A stretch of 64,000 bases of DNA from an uncultured Anaerolineales bacterium (lineage in GTDB: Bacteria > Chloroflexota > Anaerolineae > Anaerolineales > UBA6663): assembly GCA_964480865.1 (NCBI GenBank), contig CAYZRP010000024.1, positions 698-64,697 of the forward strand, written 5' to 3'. Position numbers and translations under genes: made by a program. This document shows, one piece after another, positions 28,312-37,581 of the stretch. Position 1 is the stretch's first letter; each line of letters begins with the position of its first letter. Under the pieces are notes generated by a model, which saw nothing but the letters and a program-made list of their open reading frames with translations, was not told where the DNA came from and searched no databases.

Positions 28312-29136
28312 ATGACGACTCAACCTGTGGTCGAGACCCGTGACCTGATCAAGTGCTATGGTGACCCGAATGCCCAGGGCATTCGCGCGCTCGACGGCGT
28401 CACCCTGGGCATCCCACGCGGCCAGTTCGTGGCCCTGATCGGGCCGAGTGGCGCCGGGAAGAGCACGTTGCTGCACATGCTCGGCGCGTTGGATCGGCCC
28501 ACCCGTGGCGAGGTGATCATCGATGGGCAGTTGCTCAGTCGGGTGCGTGACCTTGACAGGTTCCGCAGCCGCACGATCGGCTTCGTGTTCCAGATGCATA
28601 ACCTCATCCCGACGCTGACCGCGCTCGAGAACGTCGAGGTGCCGATGGCCGAGACGGGGGTGTCGGGCCGGCGCAAGCGCGAGCGCGCCCGCGATCTGCT
28701 CAAGATGGTCGGCCTCGAGGCGCGCGGCAACCACCTGCCGAACATGATGTCGGGCGGCGAGCGTCAGCGTGTGGCGATCGCGCGCTCGCTCGCCAACCAG
28801 CCGGCTATCCTGCTGGCCGACGAGCCGACCGGAAACCTCGACACCCGGACGACCGACGAGATCATGGATCTACTCGCCATGCTCAACCGCGAGCAGGGCA
28901 TGACCCTGATCCTTGTCACGCACAACCCGCAGGTGGCTGGCGTCGCCGAGCGCGTGCTGACGATTCGTGACGGCAAGATCGACAGTGACATCACCTTCAG
29001 CAGCCCGTACGAGAAGGACCTGATCGACCTCAAGCACTCCCAGCTGGGACGGGCCATCATCGAGGGGCGCGACGACCTGCCGCCTGAGCTTGGCGCGTCG
29101 ACCGGGGCTTTGCGGGCCCTGCTTCAGCAGGTGTGA
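28312..29136 (+). CDS. ABC transporter ATP-binding protein (MacB/LolD type) with about 50-aa C-terminal extension
   Basis: GPSGAGKSTLL, MSGGERQRVAIAR, LLADEPTGNLD. Confidence 0.93.
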   Translation: MTTQPVVETRDLIKCYGDPNAQGIRALDGVTLGIPRGQFVALIGPSGAGKSTLLHMLGALDRPTRGEVIIDGQLLSRVRDLDRFRSRTIGFVFQMHNLIPTLTALENVEVPMAETGVSGRRKRERARDLLKMVGLEARGNHLPNMMSGGERQRVAIARSLANQPAILLADEPTGNLDTRTTDEIMDLLAMLNREQGMTLILVTHNPQVAGVAERVLTIRDGKIDSDITFSSPYEKDLIDLKHSQLGRAIIEGRDDLPPELGASTGALRALLQQV

Positions 29137-29254
29137 GGGGCGCAACGCCGTCCGGCCCTCCACCTGTGACGACGACCAAATACGTAGGCGCCGTCGACTG
29201 AATGGCGGAGCGCAGGGGCTTGTCAGCCGCGCGAGCGCCCCCGATACTGGGCCC

Positions 29255-30835
29255 ATGATCCGACGAACCTGGCTGAATGTGTGGCGTCTGACGGCGGCCC
29301 TGTGTCTTTCTGCGTTGGGGCCGGGCGTTGCGGCGCCGGCCAGGGCAGCTGCGGTCTGCGCGGCACTGCCGACACGCGCGGGCACCGTCGTCAACGTCTC
29401 GACCACGACCCAACTGCAGAACGCCGTGGCGAATGTGACGTCGGACACCACCATCCTGATCGCTGATGGCATCTACGACCTGACCAACACTCTGAACATC
29501 CGCGGCGCCGATCGTGTGACGCTGCGCGGCGCCAGCGGGAATCGTGACGCCGTCGTCCTGCGCGGGCGCGGGATGAGCAACACCGGCTATGCAAATGTCC
29601 CGCACGTGATCGCGATCTACGACGCCGACGACGTGGCCATCGCCGACCTGACGTTGCGCGACGCCTACTACCACCTGGTGCAGGTGCATGGCGAAGAAGG
29701 GCCGCAGCGGCCGGTCTTCCACAACCTGCACCTGATCGACGCAGGCGAGCAATTCCTCAAGGGCTCGACCGGCGGTGCGCCCGGCCCGTACAGCGACGGT
29801 GGCGTTGTCGAGTGCTCGACCTTCGAATACACGAACCGCGCGCGCAGTGATTACACAAACGGGGTCGACGTGCTTGCGGGCGACGGTTGGATCATCCGCG
29901 ACAACGTCTTCAAGAACATCCGCGCGCCGCAGGGGCAATTGGCCGGGCCGGCGGTGTTGATGTGGCGCAACTCGCGCAACACGATCGTCGAGCGCAACCT
30001 GTTCATTGAATGCGACCGTGCGATTGCGTTGGGGCTGAGCGTGCCCAACGCCAACGCCCGCGACGGCGAGACGACCTACGACCATCAGGGCGGCATCATC
30101 CGCAACAACATCATCTACCGCGCGGGCGATGGCGACGTCGGCATCACCGTCAATTACGCCGCGAATTACAGGATCGTTCACAACACTATCGTGCTCAATG
30201 GCACGTTCCCGTGGACGATCGAGTACCGCTTCTCGGTCTCGAGCGGCTCCGTCAGTTACAACCTGACCGATGGCCCGATCGTGGGCCGCGACGGCGCGAC
30301 GGGCACGCTGTTGGGGAACCTCACCGGGGCGCAGACCTCATGGTTCGTCGACAAGACCCACGGCGACCTGCACCTGGCGGCGAACGCGCCCGCCATTGGC
30401 CAGGCGGCGACGTTGGCCGACGTGACGAACGATTTCGACGGCGAGGCGCGGCCAATCGGTGCGGCCCCCGACGTGGGCGCCGACGAGTACGGCGTGCCTG
30501 CTCCTGCGGCCGTGACCAACCTGCGCGTGACGACAGCGACAGCGTCGGGCGGGACGTTGACGGCCACGCTGACCTGGACTCCACCGGCCGGCGCGACAGC
30601 GATCCTGATCAAGAGTGCGAGCGCGCCGCTGACTGAGGCCAATTGGGAATCGGGAAGCCTGCCGTACGTCGAGGCATCTGGAGGGACGACGAGCCTCACA
30701 CTGAACGTGCCGTACAGCGGCGGCACGGCCTTCTTCGCGCTCAAGGCCCGCAATGCCGACGGCCTGTGGTCGGCGCTGTCGAACAATGCCGTCTGGCCGC
30801 GGTTGGATCTGTTCTTGCCTGCGATTCGGCGCTGA
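29255..30835 (+). CDS. Secreted right-handed beta-helix protein with C-terminal Fn3-like domain
   Basis: Start at 29255 with signal peptide (MIRRTWLNVWRLTAALCLSALGPGVAAPARAAA). Repetitive N/D/G-rich beta-helix-like turns. C-terminal VTNLRVTTA...LTWTPPAGATAILIK looks Fn3-like. Confidence 0.65.
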   Translation: MIRRTWLNVWRLTAALCLSALGPGVAAPARAAAVCAALPTRAGTVVNVSTTTQLQNAVANVTSDTTILIADGIYDLTNTLNIRGADRVTLRGASGNRDAVVLRGRGMSNTGYANVPHVIAIYDADDVAIADLTLRDAYYHLVQVHGEEGPQRPVFHNLHLIDAGEQFLKGSTGGAPGPYSDGGVVECSTFEYTNRARSDYTNGVDVLAGDGWIIRDNVFKNIRAPQGQLAGPAVLMWRNSRNTIVERNLFIECDRAIALGLSVPNANARDGETTYDHQGGIIRNNIIYRAGDGDVGITVNYAANYRIVHNTIVLNGTFPWTIEYRFSVSSGSVSYNLTDGPIVGRDGATGTLLGNLTGAQTSWFVDKTHGDLHLAANAPAIGQAATLADVTNDFDGEARPIGAAPDVGADEYGVPAPAAVTNLRVTTATASGGTLTATLTWTPPAGATAILIKSASAPLTEANWESGSLPYVEASGGTTSLTLNVPYSGGTAFFALKARNADGLWSALSNNAVWPRLDLFLPAIRR

Positions 30836-30859
30836 AGACCCGTGCGGTCTCTCCTTATC

Positions 30860-32017
30860 TCAACGCTCGAGACACGCGTAGACGGCCTTGCATAGATCCA
30901 TGGCGCGTTGATCCGGCCCGACGACCATGCGGTTCATGACGTAGCCGAACGCCAGCCGATGCGCCGGGTCGGCGAACCCCAACGACCCGCCCATGCCCGC
31001 ATGCCCAAATGCGGTCGGCGGTCGCGGATCACCCAACTCGGGCTCGGGGAGCATGAACCCCAGTGTGCGCCGCATCAGGGTGGATGTGACCACGTCTTTC
31101 ATTCGGATTTGCTCGCGGCCGGCGAGCCTGGCCGCGGTTTCGGAGAGCACGCGGGCGCCGTGGAACGAGCCGTCGAGGGCGAGCGGTGCGTAGAGCCGCG
31201 CGAGACCCCTGGCGCTGGCGTGCCCGTTCGACGACGGGATCTCGGCTTCGCGCCAGCGCTTCGTGTTGACGGCGGTGAAAGGGCGCGGTGGGTTCGTGAA
31301 CGCGGCGCGTCGTGGCCCGCCACCTGTCGTGAACATCACGTTGAACAGCAAGCGGCCAAGCCGCGAGGGCTGCAGAGCCTCGGCGACGCGCTCTTGTTGC
31401 GAGGTGTCGATCCCGATCGCGACGTCGGCCCCAAGCGGGCACGCGATCTCGTCGCGCAAATACTGGCCGATCGACAGGCCGCTGACGCGTCGCACGACCT
31501 CGCCGTTGAGCCAGCCAAACGTCGCGGCGTGGTAGCCGCACTGCGTGCCGGGCTCCCACCACAGGCGCGAACGCTCAAGCGCTGCCGTCATCGCTCCCCA
31601 ATCGTAGAGGGCGTCGTCGGGCACCCTATCCGTTGGCGCGGGCAGGCCGGCCGTGTGAGTCAGCACGTGCCTGACGAGCACCGCCTCCTTGCCTTGCTGC
31701 GCGAACTCCGGCCAGTAGCGCGCCACTGGCGCGTCGAAATCGATCAAACCCTGATCGGCCAGCCTGTGCATGGCCAGCGCCAACCAGCCCTTCGTGGTCG
31801 ACCAGACGTTGACCAGGCTGTCGCCGACCCAGGCGCGAGTCTGAGCCTGGTCGGCGCTGCCGCCCCACAGGTCGACAACGGGTGCGCCGTCGACGAGGAC
31901 GTGAAGGGCCGCGCCGCACTCGTTGTGTCGGCGAAAGTTGGCTTCGAAGGCCGCGCGCACCGGCTCGAAGCCGGGCGCAACGTGGCCCTGGATGGGAAAT
32001 TGTTCGATTGAGGTCAT
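30860..32017 (-). CDS. Serine hydrolase, beta-lactamase (class C/esterase) family
   Basis: S-x-x-K motif in VWSTTKGWLALAMHRL and typical LTHTAGL. Confidence 0.85.
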   Translation of the reverse strand: MTSIEQFPIQGHVAPGFEPVRAAFEANFRRHNECGAALHVLVDGAPVVDLWGGSADQAQTRAWVGDSLVNVWSTTKGWLALAMHRLADQGLIDFDAPVARYWPEFAQQGKEAVLVRHVLTHTAGLPAPTDRVPDDALYDWGAMTAALERSRLWWEPGTQCGYHAATFGWLNGEVVRRVSGLSIGQYLRDEIACPLGADVAIGIDTSQQERVAEALQPSRLGRLLFNVMFTTGGGPRRAAFTNPPRPFTAVNTKRWREAEIPSSNGHASARGLARLYAPLALDGSFHGARVLSETAARLAGREQIRMKDVVTSTLMRRTLGFMLPEPELGDPRPPTAFGHAGMGGSLGFADPAHRLAFGYVMNRMVVGPDQRAMDLCKAVYACLER

Positions 32018-32026
32018 GATGAATCG

Positions 32027-33220
32027 CTAAAGCGGGAGCGCAAAAGTAAACGTCGTGCCGGAGCCCGGCGTGCTGACTGCGTGTATCGTACCACCGTGCG
32101 ACTCGACAAGGCTCTTCACGATGGCGAGGCCCAGGCCGCTGCCGCGGGATTCATCAGACTTGTAGAAGCGATCGAAGATGTGGGCCAGTCGATCGGGCGC
32201 GATGCCTTCGCCGGTGTCGCGCACGACAACAGTCACTTGTTCGGGCGAGGTCGCCTCGATGACCACCGTGATCTGGCCGCCCGCCGGTGTGTAACGCAGC
32301 GCGTTGGCGATGAGGTTGGTCAGCACTTCACGGATGCGCAGCGGATCGAGATCGGCAAGAGGTAGATCCGCCGGAGCCTCAACGACGAGGGCGACGCCCG
32401 CCGCATTCGCGCGCGTCTGAAACGTCGCGACCGCTTCGCCGGTCAGCACGCCCAGGTCGACGGGCTCGCGCATGAGACGTAGCGCCCCGGCTTCGGCCAG
32501 GGCCAGCGTGCGCAGATCGTCGATCAGACGACCCATCACATGGGTCTCCTCCAGGATCGCGCTCAGGTGGGCGGGGTCAGCCGGATGCACGCCATCCAGA
32601 ACAGCCTCGAGCTCGCCCTGAATGACCGTCAGCGGCGTGCGAAGCTCGTGCGTGACGTCGGCCAGCAGGCGGCGCCGTTGCTGATCGTTGCTCTCCAACT
32701 GCGTGGTCATGACGTTGAACGTATGAGCAAGCGCCCGCGTATCGCGCGCACCCGCCTCGCGCACCCGCACCGAGTAATCGCCTTGAGCAACGCGTTGTGC
32801 GGCCCGCATGACCTCATCGACCGGACGCGCGGTCCGCACCAGATGGCGCACGACCGTCACGAATCCGACAACGAACACCGAGAGGATCGAGACGCCAACC
32901 AGCAGACGTGGCACGATCCAGCTGGCGGGCATGGTCCGCCACATCATCCACGGCGGATCCATCGAAGGCATGTTGCCGCTGTTCATCCACGACTGCCCGA
33001 TCCAGGCCACGAGCGCGCCGAGCGCGAAGACAAGGGCGAACAGGATCAGAAAAAGCGTGGCAACTCGCCACATCCAGCGACGCGGGTTGAAGTGCGCGGG
33101 CGGCCAGGGCTCGTTGGCCGGCCACCATGGCGGGCGCACGCGCGGCCCGGGCCGCCAGCGTTCCGGGTTGGGCGTGCCGGGCGGCGCCGGGTTGAGTGGA
33201 TCGGACGAGGAGAATGGCAT
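32027..33220 (-). CDS. Sensor histidine kinase (HAMP-HisKA-HATPase)
   Basis: H-box DVTHELRTPLT. N/G boxes LTNLIANALRYT, DTGEGI, GSGLGLAIV. Confidence 0.9.
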   Translation of the reverse strand: MPFSSSDPLNPAPPGTPNPERWRPGPRVRPPWWPANEPWPPAHFNPRRWMWRVATLFLILFALVFALGALVAWIGQSWMNSGNMPSMDPPWMMWRTMPASWIVPRLLVGVSILSVFVVGFVTVVRHLVRTARPVDEVMRAAQRVAQGDYSVRVREAGARDTRALAHTFNVMTTQLESNDQQRRRLLADVTHELRTPLTVIQGELEAVLDGVHPADPAHLSAILEETHVMGRLIDDLRTLALAEAGALRLMREPVDLGVLTGEAVATFQTRANAAGVALVVEAPADLPLADLDPLRIREVLTNLIANALRYTPAGGQITVVIEATSPEQVTVVVRDTGEGIAPDRLAHIFDRFYKSDESRGSGLGLAIVKSLVESHGGTIHAVSTPGSGTTFTFALPL

Positions 33221-33225
33221 GGCGC

Positions 33226-33906
33226 TCAGGCCTCGTCCGCCAGTTTGTAGCCGACGCCGTAGACCGTCTGGATGTAACGCGGGCGGCGCGCATCCGGCTC
33301 GAGCTTGCGGCGGATGTTCTTGATGTGGCTATCGATGGCGCGCTCGTACGACTCGAAGGCGACGCCCTGTACGGCGTCGAGCAGTTGCGCGCGTGTGAAC
33401 ACGCGCCCCGGTTGAGCGGCCAGAGCCGCCAGCAGTTGAAACTCGGTCGCCGTCAGTTCGACGAGTTCGCCGCCGCGGGTCACGCGCAATCGATCGGGGT
33501 CGAGCTCGACATCGCCAACGCGGATGAGGCCTTTGGCAGTTGGCTGTTCGACGCGGCGCAGCACCGCGCGCACACGTGCGACGAGTTCCTTGGGGCTGAA
33601 AGGCTTGACGATGTAGTCGTCGGCGCCGATCTCGAGACCGACAAGCTTGTCGCTCTCGTCGCCTCGAGCCGTCAGCATGATGATCGGCGTGTCGGCGGCG
33701 CGACGCACCTCGCGCGCCACGTCGAGGCCGTCGAGGCCGGGCAGCCCGAGATCGAGCACGACGAGGTCGGGCCTGTCGATTTGCCAGGCCGCCAGCGCCG
33801 ATGGGCCATCGCCGGCCAGACGCACGGAGAACCCGGCGTGCTCCAGGTAGTCGCGCGCGATCTGCGCGATCTTCAGTTCGTCATCGACGACCAGGATGCG
33901 TTTCAT
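33226..33906 (-). CDS. OmpR-family response regulator
   Basis: Start MKRILVVDDE at 33906. Receiver Asp in LVVLDLGLPGLDG. Winged-helix C-terminus (YIQTVYGVGYKL). Confidence 0.93.
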   Translation of the reverse strand: MKRILVVDDELKIAQIARDYLEHAGFSVRLAGDGPSALAAWQIDRPDLVVLDLGLPGLDGLDVAREVRRAADTPIIMLTARGDESDKLVGLEIGADDYIVKPFSPKELVARVRAVLRRVEQPTAKGLIRVGDVELDPDRLRVTRGGELVELTATEFQLLAALAAQPGRVFTRAQLLDAVQGVAFESYERAIDSHIKNIRRKLEPDARRPRYIQTVYGVGYKLADEA

Positions 33907-33943
33907 GGAAGGATCATACACCGTGGAGTCGTAGGGGCAGGTT

Positions 33944-34010
33944 GACGAACGACGAAGGACGAATGACGAAGGTTGAACGGCCATTCAAGCTTCGTCATTC
34001 GTCCTTCGTC
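33944..34010. repeat. GACGAAN-heptamer hairpin element
   Basis: gacgaac gacgaag gacgaat gacgaag gttgaacggccattcaagc ttcgtca ttcgtcc ttcgtc. Lies between co-directional genes. Confidence 0.9.
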
Positions 34011-34014
34011 GGGC

Positions 34015-34449
34015 TTACGGCGTCGGCGGTGCCGGCGGAGGCGTCTGCTCGCCGTGCGCCTCGCGGTGCCAGGCCTCGAAGCGCTCGCGGGCGCGACCTT
34101 CGAAAGCCGCCGGGCCGTGGCCGCCCCAGGAGCGCGGACCCCAGCCGAAGAACAGCCGGCGGAAGAGGCCAATGACCAGGAAGATCGCGCCGATGAAGAA
34201 TGCGAAGCGCAAGACCCCGAAGATCAGGCTGAACGGCCCGAAGCCCCAGCCGCTCATCATCATGGGGCCGCCGCGCATCCACGTGCCAGGCATGCCCTGC
34301 ACACCGGGATTCATCATCTGCGGCATGTTACCGGCGACCCAGCCGCCGCTGTAGTGGGCGCCTGCCCAGAACGCGCCGGCGCCGACGAGACCGACGATGA
34401 TCAGGATCCCGACCACCATCCCAATTCTTGCCCATACCGTTCGACTCAT
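34015..34449 (-). CDS. Small Gly/Met-rich membrane protein, first gene of the OmpR-type TCS operon
   Basis: gggaga RBS, two TM helices, a MPQMMNPGVQGMPGTWMRGGPMMMSGWG segment, and a basic/His C-terminal tail. Confidence 0.55.
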   Translation of the reverse strand: MSRTVWARIGMVVGILIIVGLVGAGAFWAGAHYSGGWVAGNMPQMMNPGVQGMPGTWMRGGPMMMSGWGFGPFSLIFGVLRFAFFIGAIFLVIGLFRRLFFGWGPRSWGGHGPAAFEGRARERFEAWHREAHGEQTPPPAPPTP

Positions 34450-34597
34450 GGTTTCTCCCGGTCCGTCAGGGAAAGACCTGAAGGACGCTGTGTCTGAGGC
34501 TGAGTGTGCACCGCAATTGTGTGCGAACTTTGTATACTGTTGTGAGGTCTGATGTAGAACAACATCATATTGTTCCGTACAGGAGAGCCGTCGAACG

Positions 34598-36163
34598 ATG
34601 TCTACTCAAAACCGCTCCACTCCTGCGAGCCGCATCGGTTTGGGCCTGATCCTGTTGTTCCCGGCTGCGCTCATGTGCGCGCTCACGCAGCTCTGGCCGA
34701 CCCTCGGGACGATCAGCATGAGCTTCCAGAAAGTCGATCTGCTTCGTGCGGATCGATCGACCTGGGTCGGCGGCGACAACTATGGAGTGTTGTTCGAGCA
34801 AGGCCGCGTGGCTCAAGCACTGGGTTTCGCGCTGCTTCTGGCGGTGGCCCGTGTGATCGCCGTGGCTGTGGTGCCACCCGCGCTCGGCTGGGCGATGTCG
34901 CGATTTCGGGGCGGCCTCGGCGCGGTGTTGCGCGGGCTTGGGGCGCTGCCGGCTCTGTTTTATCTGCCCGGCGCGTTCGGCCTTGCCTGGCTCGCTGCTC
35001 TGCAGGGCCTGCGGATGTCTGGAGCGGCGTGGACGTCCTGGCTGGTGGATCCAACCAGCGCGCCTCTGTTCCTGGCCGCCATCGATGCCTTCGCAGCGTT
35101 GGCTTTCGGCACCAGCTTCTGCGTCGTCGTATTTGGCGCAGCAGCGCGCAGCGACAGGCCGCGAAAGTGGATGCTGATCGCCTGGTTGGCTACGGTCGTG
35201 ACGGCTGTCGCCCTCGCCCTGCAGGTGATGGATCTGCCGTTGACGCTCACCAACGGTGGACCGGCGGGTGCCACGACCACGCCATTGGTGCTGGCCTATC
35301 GGTACTTTGCCCAGTTCTTCGAGATCGGCCCGGCCGCCGCCGCCGCCACGCTCGTGCTCCTGCCCGTGCTTGGGCTGGGCCTGATCGCGGGCGTCGGGCT
35401 TGCGCTGACCCGGCCGCGGATCGAATCGGTTGAGGACTCGGCGGGAGCGGCTTCTCCTTCGGGGTTGGCCGTGATCGCGTTGATCCTGGGCGGCCTGATC
35501 CTGCTCGTCAGCGTCGCGACGCTGGCCTGGATCTATCTGGGGCCGCTGCTCGGTGCCTCAGAATCCAGTTCTGGCGAGCCGCGCACGTTGGCCGTCTGGT
35601 CCGACTCGTTGCTTTCGCCGTTCGCGGGCGTGGCGATCAATCTGGTGCTGGCGTTGCTCGGCGGGTATGCGATCGGCGGGGTGCGGCCGTTTGGCCGGCA
35701 GAGTCTGTGGCTGCTTGCGCCCTTCGCGCCATGGTTGTTCGTCGCTCCGTCGTTGCAGGTCCTCGATTGGTTTCCGAAGTATCAGGCGATAGGTTTGCTC
35801 GGCACCTGGGTGGCGATGATCCCGCCCGGATTAAGCGTGCCGGCATTGGTGATGGTGGCCCTGGCGTTCTTCGGTGTGTCTGAGCGTGCGAGCGCGCGAG
35901 CGCGTGCGTTGCCGTTCATGCTCGCGCTGGCGATTGGGGCGCTGGCGTGGCAATCCGCGATCTACGATTACGTCTGGCAGACGTTTCTGGGTGGCCCGCG
36001 GGCGTCGACCTGGCTGATCCTGGCAACTCAATCGCTGCAAAGCCGGGCAGGCATAGGCTCGGATGTCTGGGGGCCGCTGTTGGCGCCGGCCATTCTGATC
36101 GGTCTCTTCCTGATCACCTGGGTTGCCGCGTTTGGCCATCGGCTGCGGATCAACGAGGCGTGA
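34598..36163 (+). CDS. Polytopic membrane protein, ABC-permease-like (possibly fused), orphan
   Basis: aggaga RBS and at least 12 hydrophobic segments. The N-terminus resembles sugar-type ABC permease starts (LILLFPAALM...TISMSFQK). No ATPase or binding protein is adjacent. Confidence 0.4.
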   Translation: MSTQNRSTPASRIGLGLILLFPAALMCALTQLWPTLGTISMSFQKVDLLRADRSTWVGGDNYGVLFEQGRVAQALGFALLLAVARVIAVAVVPPALGWAMSRFRGGLGAVLRGLGALPALFYLPGAFGLAWLAALQGLRMSGAAWTSWLVDPTSAPLFLAAIDAFAALAFGTSFCVVVFGAAARSDRPRKWMLIAWLATVVTAVALALQVMDLPLTLTNGGPAGATTTPLVLAYRYFAQFFEIGPAAAAATLVLLPVLGLGLIAGVGLALTRPRIESVEDSAGAASPSGLAVIALILGGLILLVSVATLAWIYLGPLLGASESSSGEPRTLAVWSDSLLSPFAGVAINLVLALLGGYAIGGVRPFGRQSLWLLAPFAPWLFVAPSLQVLDWFPKYQAIGLLGTWVAMIPPGLSVPALVMVALAFFGVSERASARARALPFMLALAIGALAWQSAIYDYVWQTFLGGPRASTWLILATQSLQSRAGIGSDVWGPLLAPAILIGLFLITWVAAFGHRLRINEA

Positions 36164-36319
36164 TCGATTCAAACCGTCGACCTGTCAGGTCCATCAGAGA
36201 TCCTCGAGAATCGCAGCTGTTCCAACAGCTGTGTTCCAGGAATGTGGGCGGTCTTCTAACCTGGCGCTGGCGGGCCCGGTACAATCAGGGTGCAACCCAC
36301 GAACCTTAGCGGAGCATCT

Positions 36320-37507
36320 ATGACCCATCCACGTCTTGCTGAAGCACAAGCGATCCGTCCCTTCATCGTCGACCTGCGCCGTCGCATCCACCGCCAGCCC
36401 GAGCTGGGCTTCGACGTGCACAAGACGGCCGCGTTGGTGGCCAGCACGCTGAGGGATCTGGGCGTCGAGGCTCAGACCGGCGTCGGCAAGACGGGCGTCG
36501 TCGGCTACATCGGCGATGGCGACGGCCCCGTCGTCGGCATCCGCGCCGACATGGACGCGTTGCCGATCCTCGAAGACACCGGCCTCGACTTCTCGTCCGA
36601 GGTGCCCGGCAAGATGCACGCCTGCGGTCATGACGCGCACACCGCCATGCTGCTCGGCGCCGCCAGGCTTCTCTCGGCCCAACCGATCCGTGGCCAGATC
36701 CGGCTGTTCTTCCAGCCCTCAGAGGAGATCGCTGACGCTGAAGGCATCAGCGGCGCGCCGCGCATGATCGAGGACGGCGCGCTCAAGGGCGTCGATCGCG
36801 TGATCGCCCTGCACGTCGACGGCGAGAACTACGTCGGCACGATCGAGGTCGGCGCGGGCAAAGTCTCGGCGGCCGTCGACACGTTCTACGGCACCGTGAT
36901 CGGCACCGGCGGTCATGGCGCCCGGCCGCAGGTCGCGATCGACCCGATCTGGTTGTCGACGCAGGTGCTCAGCGCATTGTTTGCTGTGCCGTCGCGGCGC
37001 ATTGATCCGTTCGAGCCCAACGTGCTCTCGATCGGGGTCGTGCGCGGTGGCGAAGCCTCCAACGTCATCCCGCGTTCGGTCTACATCGAAGGCACGCTGC
37101 GCAGCATGGACCCCGTTGTGCGCGAGCAGTTGCTGACCGAGGTCGAGCGCTGCTTCAGCCTGGCGAAGGCCCTGGGCGGCGACTACACGCTCAAGATCGA
37201 GCGCGGCTACCCGTCCATGCACAACAACGGCGACGTCGCCTCCCTGATCCAGCAGACCAGCCGCGACCTGCTCGGCGAGGAAAGCCTTGTCACGTCGACG
37301 CCGACGATGGGCGCCGAGGACTTCAGCTACATGACCGAACTGGCCCCGGGCGCGATGTTCATGCTCGGCATCCGCAAACCCGGCAGCGACGCCAAGCGCG
37401 TCCACACGCCCGATTTCGTGATTGACGAAGACGCTCTCCCGATCGGCTCGGCGATGCTGGCCGAGACGGCGCTGCGTCTGTTGGAAGAAGCCCGCGCGGG
37501 ACGGTGA
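36320..37507 (+). CDS. M20D-family amidohydrolase (N-acyl-amino acid amidohydrolase type)
   Basis: IHRQPELGF, MHACGHDAHTAMLLGAA, GAEDFSY. ggag RBS before the ATG at 36320. Confidence 0.9.
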   Translation: MTHPRLAEAQAIRPFIVDLRRRIHRQPELGFDVHKTAALVASTLRDLGVEAQTGVGKTGVVGYIGDGDGPVVGIRADMDALPILEDTGLDFSSEVPGKMHACGHDAHTAMLLGAARLLSAQPIRGQIRLFFQPSEEIADAEGISGAPRMIEDGALKGVDRVIALHVDGENYVGTIEVGAGKVSAAVDTFYGTVIGTGGHGARPQVAIDPIWLSTQVLSALFAVPSRRIDPFEPNVLSIGVVRGGEASNVIPRSVYIEGTLRSMDPVVREQLLTEVERCFSLAKALGGDYTLKIERGYPSMHNNGDVASLIQQTSRDLLGEESLVTSTPTMGAEDFSYMTELAPGAMFMLGIRKPGSDAKRVHTPDFVIDEDALPIGSAMLAETALRLLEEARAGR

Positions 37508-37522
37508 CGCGCCTGCGGCGCT

Positions 37523-37580
37523 GACGAACGACGAAGGACGAAGGTTGTCTCGCACAACCTTCGTCCTTCGTCGTTCGTCA
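37523..37580. repeat. GACGAAN-heptamer hairpin element (loop GGTTGT-CTCGC-ACAACC)
   Basis: gacgaac gacgaag gacgaag gttgtctcgcacaacc ttcgtcc ttcgtcg ttcgtc. The 43-nt core is identical to 61446..61488. Confidence 0.95.
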
Positions 37581-37581
37581 C

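Noticed and set aside
33907-33984. N-terminal extensions of ORFs that run through hairpin repeats (33226..33984, 37582..38211, 61508..62491, 53697..53894, 37422..37658, 61380..61607).
   Set aside because: The extensions encode repeat-derived text (SSFVLRRSS, TTFVFRQ and similar). Internal starts give canonical N-termini: MKRILVVDDE for the RR, MTLLEISLTV for PrmA.
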